Shown here: in pieces, positions 58,097 through 64,000 of the stretch | Layout: each line of letters opens with the position of its first letter | How positions within the stretch are numbered: the stretch's first letter is position 1 | DNA from: Longimicrobiales bacterium | GTDB taxonomy: Bacteria; Gemmatimonadota; Gemmatimonadetes; Longimicrobiales; Gaopeijiaceae | Assembly (NCBI GenBank): GCA_965116905.1 | Contig: OZ220732.1 | Location: 1,504,001 to 1,568,000, forward strand | Direction of reading: 5' to 3' | Length of the DNA stretch: 64,000 nt | Program-made: the position numbers and the translations under genes | Notes under the pieces: model-generated | Databases searched by the model: none | What the model was told of the DNA's origin: nothing | Seen by the model: the letters and a program-made list of their open reading frames with translations, nothing else

Positions 58097-59350
58097 ATGG
58101 ACGCTGCAACTGTGTTTCGAAACCCCTTCCGTCCCGGAGCTGGCCACACGCCCCCGTATCTCGCCGGAAGAAGGGAGGAGCGCAGCGAGTTTCTCAAGCT
58201 CCTGAACCAGGATATCGTCCATTCCAACCTCGTGCTCACCGGGCTCCGCGGTGTCGGCAAGACGGTCCTTCTTGACACCTTCAAGCCGTTGGCGGTGCGG
58301 GAAGGCTGGCTGTGGGTGGGCACGGGTCTTTCGGAGAGCACGACCGTCGACGAGGGACGCCTGGCCACACGGATACTGACCGATGTGGCCCTGGCGACGT
58401 CAGGCTTCGTCTACGACAGGCAGGAGATTCGTCGTCCCGGTTTCGGTCGCCAGCCAGAGCCACTCGATGCCACCCTCAACTATCCAACTCTTCGCGCCGT
58501 GTACGAGCAGACGGGAGGCCTGGTCGCTGATCGACTGAAGGCCACGCTGACCGTCGTCTGGCAGGCTCTACGCGCATCGCCGCATCCACCCCGAGGCATC
58601 GTCTTCGCCTACGACGAGGCCCAGAACATGGCGGACCATGCCGGGAAGGACGAATACCCGCTCTCGGTAATGCTCGATGTGTTCCAGTCGATCCAGAGAC
58701 AGGGTGCCCCATTTCTCCTGGCCCTGACCGGTCTGCCCACCCTCTTCCCCAAGCTGGTCGAGGCCAGGACCTACTCGGAACGAATGTTCCGCGTGCTTTT
58801 CCTCAATCGCCTGGATCCCCCGGACGTTCGAGAGGCGATCGTGAAGCCGATCCAGGAAGATGGCTGCCCGATCAGCTTCACCGAAGAGTCCATCCGCCAG
58901 ATTGAGAAGCATTCGGGCGGATACCCATACTTCATCCAGTTCATCTGCCATGAGGCCTTCGACGTTTTCGTGTCGCAGGTCACCACCGGATCGACAAGCC
59001 CAGGCGTCCCGATCGAGGAGATCACGGCAAAGCTGGACAGCGATTTCTTTGCTGGCCGATGGTCGAGGGTGACGGACCGGCAGCGCGATCTCCTGTATGT
59101 CGTTTCGAGGCTGGACGACCCTGAATCCGAGTTCACCGTCCAGGAGATCGTGGAGCTTGCCAGGGAACTGCCCGTGAAGGGATTCAGCTCCAGTCATGCG
59201 AGCCAGATCCTTGCGGCGCTCATCAAATCGGGCATCGTCTTCAGGAACCGGCACGGCAAGTACTCCTTCGCAGTGCCTCTTCTCGGGGACTTCATCCGGC
59301 GGCAGTACCCGGCCGAAGAGCCCGAACTCTTCGACGAGGCAAGTCGGTGA
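58097..59350 (+). CDS. AAA ATPase (AAA_16-like) with a C-terminal winged helix
   Basis: NPFRPGAG, GLRGVGKT, YDEAQ, GGYPYFIQ, LIKSGIV...HGKYSF. Confidence 0.85.
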   Translation: MDAATVFRNPFRPGAGHTPPYLAGRREERSEFLKLLNQDIVHSNLVLTGLRGVGKTVLLDTFKPLAVREGWLWVGTGLSESTTVDEGRLATRILTDVALATSGFVYDRQEIRRPGFGRQPEPLDATLNYPTLRAVYEQTGGLVADRLKATLTVVWQALRASPHPPRGIVFAYDEAQNMADHAGKDEYPLSVMLDVFQSIQRQGAPFLLALTGLPTLFPKLVEARTYSERMFRVLFLNRLDPPDVREAIVKPIQEDGCPISFTEESIRQIEKHSGGYPYFIQFICHEAFDVFVSQVTTGSTSPGVPIEEITAKLDSDFFAGRWSRVTDRQRDLLYVVSRLDDPESEFTVQEIVELARELPVKGFSSSHASQILAALIKSGIVFRNRHGKYSFAVPLLGDFIRRQYPAEEPELFDEASR

Positions 59351-59418
59351 TGGAGTACGCACAACGGCGGCCTTCGACAGCCTTGCTCCCCCTCTTCCGG
59401 CGCGATTAACGTGGCTCC

Positions 59419-60210
59419 ATGAATCGAATCCGAGGACAGACCGCGGTCATCACGGGCGCCACCGCGGGCATCGGCGAGGCGTGCGCCCGGACCCTGGGCG
59501 AAGCGGGTGTCGACGTGGTGCTGATCGGCCGGCGGGCGGACCGGCTGGAGGTGTTGGCCGCCGACATTGCCGCCGACAACGGAACGCGGGCCTTCCCCTA
59601 TACCCTGGACGTGCGCGATCGCGTGGGCGTCAGCGACTTCATCGCCTGGCTGGATCACGAAGGACTCGACGTCGACATCCTCGTCAACAACGCCGGGCTG
59701 GCCCGAGGGCTCGACCCCGTGCACGACGGCGATCACGACGACTGGGACGACATGATCGACACCAACATCAAGGGCCTGCTCAACATGACGCGCGGCATCC
59801 TTCCCGGGATGGTCGCGCGCGACTCGGGGCACGTGGTCAACATCGGCAGCATCGCCGGCCACTGGGTCTACCCGAACGGCGGCGTCTACTGCGCCACCAA
59901 GTACGCCGTGCGGGCGCTGACCGAGGGCGCGAACGTGGACCTCGTCGGCACGAAGGTGCGCATGTCGAGCGTCGATCCCGGCCTGGCCGAGACCGAGTTC
60001 TCGGTGGTGCGTTTCCGGGGTGACGAGGACCGCGCCCGCAACGTGTACGAAGGCACTCAGCCGCTGGTGGCCGAGGACATCGCCGATGCGGTCCACTACG
60101 TGGTGAACACGGCGCGGCACGTGAACGTCCTGCACCTGGTGATGATGCCGACGGTGCAGAGATCGCCGTACGTGTTGGCCCGCGAGCCGGCCGGCGGCAG
60201 CGAGGACTGA
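59419..60210 (+). CDS. Short-chain dehydrogenase (YdfG-like)
   Basis: TGATAGIG, NNAG, YCATK, PGLAETEFS. Confidence 0.9.
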   Translation: MNRIRGQTAVITGATAGIGEACARTLGEAGVDVVLIGRRADRLEVLAADIAADNGTRAFPYTLDVRDRVGVSDFIAWLDHEGLDVDILVNNAGLARGLDPVHDGDHDDWDDMIDTNIKGLLNMTRGILPGMVARDSGHVVNIGSIAGHWVYPNGGVYCATKYAVRALTEGANVDLVGTKVRMSSVDPGLAETEFSVVRFRGDEDRARNVYEGTQPLVAEDIADAVHYVVNTARHVNVLHLVMMPTVQRSPYVLAREPAGGSED

Positions 60211-60216
60211 GGGCCG

Positions 60217-61131
60217 ATGGCGATGATACCGGCAGTAGTGGGCTTTGTGCTTGCAAGCACGGTAGGGTTCGCCCCTCCGCCCTGGGGATTCGTGGGCCAT
60301 GAAATGGCTGCGGGGGTCGCGGTGGCCGCGCTGCCGGACGACATGCCCGCCTTCTTCCGCGACGCGGGGCCGCAGCTGGTGCACCTCAACCCGGAGCCGG
60401 ACCGCTGGCGGGTGTGGGAGCAGCGCGAGATGGACCAGGCCTTTTCCTACGATCATTACGTCGACCTGGAGAACCTCCCCGACGGGGCCCTCGATGCCCC
60501 CGACCGATTCGAGTACCTCGCCATGCTCTACGACGCGGAACTGGCGAAGCCCGAGCGCGACGGGGGGTTTCTGCACTTCCGGATCGTCGAGCTCTACCAG
60601 CGGCTGGTCTCCGGCTGGCGCCGGTGGAGGGCCGAGGAAAGCGCGGAGCGGCGTGAGTGGATCGAAGAGCGCATCGTGAACGACGCGGGCATTCTCGGGC
60701 ACTACGTCACGGACGCATCGCAGCCGCACCACACCACCATCCACTTCAACGGATGGGACCTCGAGACGCCCAACCCGGAGGGGTACACGCGGGACAATCA
60801 GTTCCACGCGCGCTTCGAGCGCTTTTTCGTGGAGGCGCACGTGACCCGCGGCGATGTTGCGGCGCACGCGAGCGACGGGCCGCCGCGCTCGGTGGCGGGG
60901 TCGGCGCGGGAGGCCGTGCTGGCCCACATCCAGGAGTCGCATGCGGAGGTGGAGACGCTGTACCGGCTGGACCGGGACGTGGGCTTCGATCCCGAGCAGC
61001 CGGCCGACCCGGCCGCGAAGGACTTCGCCGCCGTGCGACTCGCGGCCGGAGCGGACATGCTGGCCGCGCTCTGGTGGTCCGCCTGGCTGGAGAGCGCGTC
61101 ACCGGTCGAACGGGGCGGGGAGGACCGATGA
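60217..61131 (+). CDS. S1/P1 nuclease / zinc phospholipase C family, exported
   Basis: WGFVGH, HYVD, GHYVTDASQPHH, HARFE zinc-ligand motifs. Confidence 0.8.
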   Translation: MAMIPAVVGFVLASTVGFAPPPWGFVGHEMAAGVAVAALPDDMPAFFRDAGPQLVHLNPEPDRWRVWEQREMDQAFSYDHYVDLENLPDGALDAPDRFEYLAMLYDAELAKPERDGGFLHFRIVELYQRLVSGWRRWRAEESAERREWIEERIVNDAGILGHYVTDASQPHHTTIHFNGWDLETPNPEGYTRDNQFHARFERFFVEAHVTRGDVAAHASDGPPRSVAGSAREAVLAHIQESHAEVETLYRLDRDVGFDPEQPADPAAKDFAAVRLAAGADMLAALWWSAWLESASPVERGGEDR

Positions 61132-61814
61132 GCGGCGGGGCGGCGCGGCGCGTCGCCGGCATCGTACTCGCGGCGGGCTCCTCCACGCGCATGGGGCGCA
61201 ACAAGCTGCTCCTGGAGCTGGACGGCGAGGCCGTGGTGCGCCGCGCGGCCCGCACGGCGAGCGCCGCCGGACTGGATCCGGTCGTCGTCGTCACGGGGCA
61301 CGAGCACGATGCCGTGACGGCCCGATTACACGATTTGAGCGTTTCAGTTGTTAACAATACAGAGCATGCGAAGGGAACCCACACGTCGGTCGCGGCGGGG
61401 GTATCCGCGCTCAGCCCATCCACGGCTGGCGACGACTGTGCGGCCGCGGTCGTGATCCTGGCCGACATGCCCTTCGTCACCCCCGCGATGCTGCGCGAGG
61501 TCGTCGGCCGCTACAGGGTCGCCGGCCAGGACCGCTCGGGCCCGCCCCTGGTGGTGTCGCGCTACGGCGGCGACGTGACCGCCCCGCCGATCCTGTACGA
61601 CCGCGCCCTGTTCGGCGAACTCGCGACCATGGACTCGCGCTGTGGGCGTGCGGTCGTGCGGCGCCACCTGAACGAGGCTGTCCTGGTCGACTGGCCGGCC
61701 GAAGCGGCTCGGGACCTCGACCGCCCGGCGGACTATGAGCGGGCGCGGGAGGAGCTGGAGGGGGCTCGCGAGGGCGTGGGCCGCACGCTCGAGGGGGCGG
61801 GCGCCCGTGAATAG
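61128..61814 (+). CDS. mocA: Molybdenum cofactor cytidylyltransferase-like nucleotidyltransferase
   Basis: LAAGSSTRMGRNKLL, LADMP, DLDRPADY; adjacent to xdhC. Confidence 0.75.
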   Translation: MSGGAARRVAGIVLAAGSSTRMGRNKLLLELDGEAVVRRAARTASAAGLDPVVVVTGHEHDAVTARLHDLSVSVVNNTEHAKGTHTSVAAGVSALSPSTAGDDCAAAVVILADMPFVTPAMLREVVGRYRVAGQDRSGPPLVVSRYGGDVTAPPILYDRALFGELATMDSRCGRAVVRRHLNEAVLVDWPAEAARDLDRPADYERAREELEGAREGVGRTLEGAGARE

Positions 61815-62745
61815 GCATCTGCTCGGCGTCGCTGCCCGGCTGCTCGACCGAAGGCAGCCCTACGCCGTCGCCACCGTCGTGAGGCGCGAGCGCCCCAGCT
61901 CCGCGACGCCCGGCAACACGGCGCTCATCACCGGAGACGGCACCGTGCACGGGTTCATCGGGGGCAGCTGCACCCAGCCCGAAGTCGTGCGCCACGCCCT
62001 CGCCGCGCTCGGGGACCGCAGCCCGCGACTGCTCTCGTTCGGTGGCTCGCCGGGCGACCGCGACGATATGGTGATGGTTCCGATGGCCTGTGGCAGCGAA
62101 GGGAAGGTCGAAGTGCACGTCAATCCTGTGTTTCCCGCGCCGCAGCTGGTTGTGGCAGGAGATTCGCCCATCGCGCGGGCCGTGGCCAGGCTGGGCGAGG
62201 CAATGGGCTACGAGGTCGCCGACGAGCTGGGCGGGCTGGAGCGCCAGGGTGCCGAGCGTGCGCCGGGAGCCCGGCTGTACGCCGTCGTCGCGACGATGGG
62301 GCAGGGCGACGAGGAGGCGGTCGAGCAGCTCATCGCCGCGCGGCCCGACTACCTGGGCGTCGTGGTGTCGCCGAAGCGCATGCTCCAGGTGCGGGAGTAC
62401 CTGAAGGGGCGGGGGATCTGCGGCAGCCGCGTCGCGGAGGTGCATGGACCGGCGGGGCTCGACATCGGGGCCGAGCGACCGGAGGAGGTCGCGGTGAGCA
62501 TCCTGGCGGAAATTGTGGCGCTGGGGGCAGCCGGGGCGCGCGCGGCGGAGGAAGCCGCCGAGACGGAGGCGGCACCCGCAGGCGCACCTGCATCCGCAAC
62601 GGACCCGGTCTGCGGGATGACCGTGGCCGCGGACGGATCGCGGCCCTCCTTCACCTATCAGGACCACACGTACCACTTCTGCTGTCCGGGATGTCGCGCG
62701 CGGTTCGAGGCGGATCCGGCGGCGTTTCTGGCGGCGGCGGGGTAG
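61807..62745 (+). CDS. xdhC: XdhC/CoxI-family Moco insertion chaperone with a C-terminal YHS domain
   Basis: IGGSC, MACGSEG, PAGLDIGAERPEEVAVSI; DPVCGM...YHFCCPGC. Confidence 0.85.
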   Translation: MNRHLLGVAARLLDRRQPYAVATVVRRERPSSATPGNTALITGDGTVHGFIGGSCTQPEVVRHALAALGDRSPRLLSFGGSPGDRDDMVMVPMACGSEGKVEVHVNPVFPAPQLVVAGDSPIARAVARLGEAMGYEVADELGGLERQGAERAPGARLYAVVATMGQGDEEAVEQLIAARPDYLGVVVSPKRMLQVREYLKGRGICGSRVAEVHGPAGLDIGAERPEEVAVSILAEIVALGAAGARAAEEAAETEAAPAGAPASATDPVCGMTVAADGSRPSFTYQDHTYHFCCPGCRARFEADPAAFLAAAG

Positions 62746-62755
62746 CGGCGAGCCG

Positions 62756-63658
62756 ATGAGGCCCGAAATCCGGCGGCTGCAGGCCGATATGCGGGAGTTC
62801 GACTACGTCGCCGAGCCTGCGATCGTCACGGCGGTTCACCTCGCGCGGGCCATGGGGAAGCCGCTGCTCGTGGAGGGGGACGCGGGGGTCGGGAAGACCG
62901 AGATCGCGAAGGTCGTGGCGGGGGTCATGGGGACCGAACTGATTCGGCTGCAGTGCTACGAGGGACTCGACGTCAACACCGCGCTGTATGAGTGGAATTA
63001 CCAGAAGCAGCTGCTGCGGCTGCGGATCGCGGGCGACGCCATGGCCGGATCGGACGGCGGATCGGACCGCCGGCGGCAAGCCTCCGGCGACGACCTCGAG
63101 GATCTCATCTTCGGTCGGGCCTACCTGCTGGAGCGGCCTCTGTTGCGGGCGATTACGCGGGTGGACGGGGCGCCCGTGCTGCTCATCGACGAGATCGACC
63201 GCGCGGACGAGGGGTTCGAGGCCTTTCTGCTGGAGGTGCTGTCGGACTTCCAGGTCACGATTCCCGAGTTGGGCACGATCCGGGCCGCCCACCGGCCGCT
63301 CGTGTTCCTGACCTCGAACCGTACGCGCGAGATCGGGGACGCGCTCCGGCGCCGGTGCCTCTACCTCTACATCGAGCATCCCAGCTTCGAGAAGGAGGTC
63401 GAGATCGTGCGGGCCAAGGTGCCGGGCATCTCGGAGCGCCTGTCGGAGGAGATCACCGGCTTTGTTCAGGCGCTGCGCCAGCGGCAGCTCATGAAGCCGC
63501 CGGGGGTCGCCGAGACGCTGGACTGGGCGCGGGCGCTGATCACGCTGCATCGGGACGGTCTGGACGCCGAAGTCGTCGGCGAGACGCTCGGGTGCCTGAT
63601 CAAGGACCGGCACGACATGCGGGAGCTGGCGCAGGGAGAGGTGGAGGGACTGTGGTAG
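62756..63658 (+). CDS. MoxR-family AAA+ ATPase (CoxD-like)
   Basis: [44 protein letters not shown]. Confidence 0.88.
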   Translation: MRPEIRRLQADMREFDYVAEPAIVTAVHLARAMGKPLLVEGDAGVGKTEIAKVVAGVMGTELIRLQCYEGLDVNTALYEWNYQKQLLRLRIAGDAMAGSDGGSDRRRQASGDDLEDLIFGRAYLLERPLLRAITRVDGAPVLLIDEIDRADEGFEAFLLEVLSDFQVTIPELGTIRAAHRPLVFLTSNRTREIGDALRRRCLYLYIEHPSFEKEVEIVRAKVPGISERLSEEITGFVQALRQRQLMKPPGVAETLDWARALITLHRDGLDAEVVGETLGCLIKDRHDMRELAQGEVEGLW

Positions 63659-63702
63659 CCGTTCCCCGTTCGCTCTTGATCCAAGGTCCCGCGCTTCGGT
63701 AG

Positions 63703-63764
63703 CTTCCACGGGTGACTGCTCCACGAGTGACTGCTCCAATTCGACCTTCGACCTTCAACCTTCC
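63703..63764. repeat. Short tandem repeats upstream of sdhA
   Basis: TCCACG(G/A)GTGACTGC twice, then TTCGACC twice and TTCAACC. Confidence 0.75.
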
Positions 63765-63806
63765 GGCGGCCGGGCCCTCTCCGGCCCGCCCTCCCCGACC
63801 CGACGC

Positions 63807-64000
63807 ATGAGCCACGGCACAACTCACGAGCACGACGTGATCATCATCGGAGGCGGCGGGGCGGGCCTCCGCGCTTCGATCGCGATCGCGCAGGAGAACC
63901 CGTCGTTTTCGGTCGCCTGCGTGTCGAAGGTGTACCCGATGCGTAGCCACACGGTTACGGCCGAGGGAGGCGCGGCGGCGTCGATCAAGCCGAACGACAC
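63807..64000 (+). CDS. sdhA: Succinate dehydrogenase/fumarate reductase flavoprotein subunit, 5' part
   Basis: Not in the ORF track; translates [23 protein letters not shown]...[16 protein letters not shown], with the covalent-FAD His motif. Confidence 0.9.
   Translation, partial: MSHGTTHEHDVIIIGGGGAGLRASIAIAQENPSFSVACVSKVYPMRSHTVTAEGGAAASIKPND

Overview
A GC-rich bacterial chromosomal window with about 50 protein genes; I recognised no rRNA, tRNA, CRISPR array, integrase or transposase. The gene content (many secreted hydrolases and lipoproteins, 6-bladed propellers, carboxypeptidase-regulatory-domain proteins, AAA/DUF4143 ATPases) resembles Gemmatimonadota, but that is inference. Core content: a sugar-salvage operon (nucleotidyltransferase, SSS symporter, GalK-like kinase), a membrane MutS-like ATPase, P450-ferredoxin-panB, a Leu/Val/Phe dehydrogenase, a heterotetrameric sarcosine-oxidase-family operon, two divergent S9B peptidases, cupin-ilvE, SDR-S1/P1 nuclease-mocA-xdhC-coxD, and the start of sdhA/frdA. 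Accessory patches: a decaying toxin-antitoxin cluster (22.7-24.7 kb), a TonB receptor/two-component block (30.2-35.6 kb) and three AAA ATPases with palindromic upstream sites. The most notable observations are: (1) an exported protein fusing a c-type heme domain to a complete PHM/DBM-type two-copper ligand set, followed by a partner gene split at a C8 tract; (2) a 42-bp AT-rich hairpin element present in three distant intergenic regions, 31/42 identical pairwise, with wobble and compensatory changes; (3) an HTTM membrane protein paired with an AsnB-like amidotransferase; (4) three genes each broken by a net +1 base, which may be an assembly artefact.
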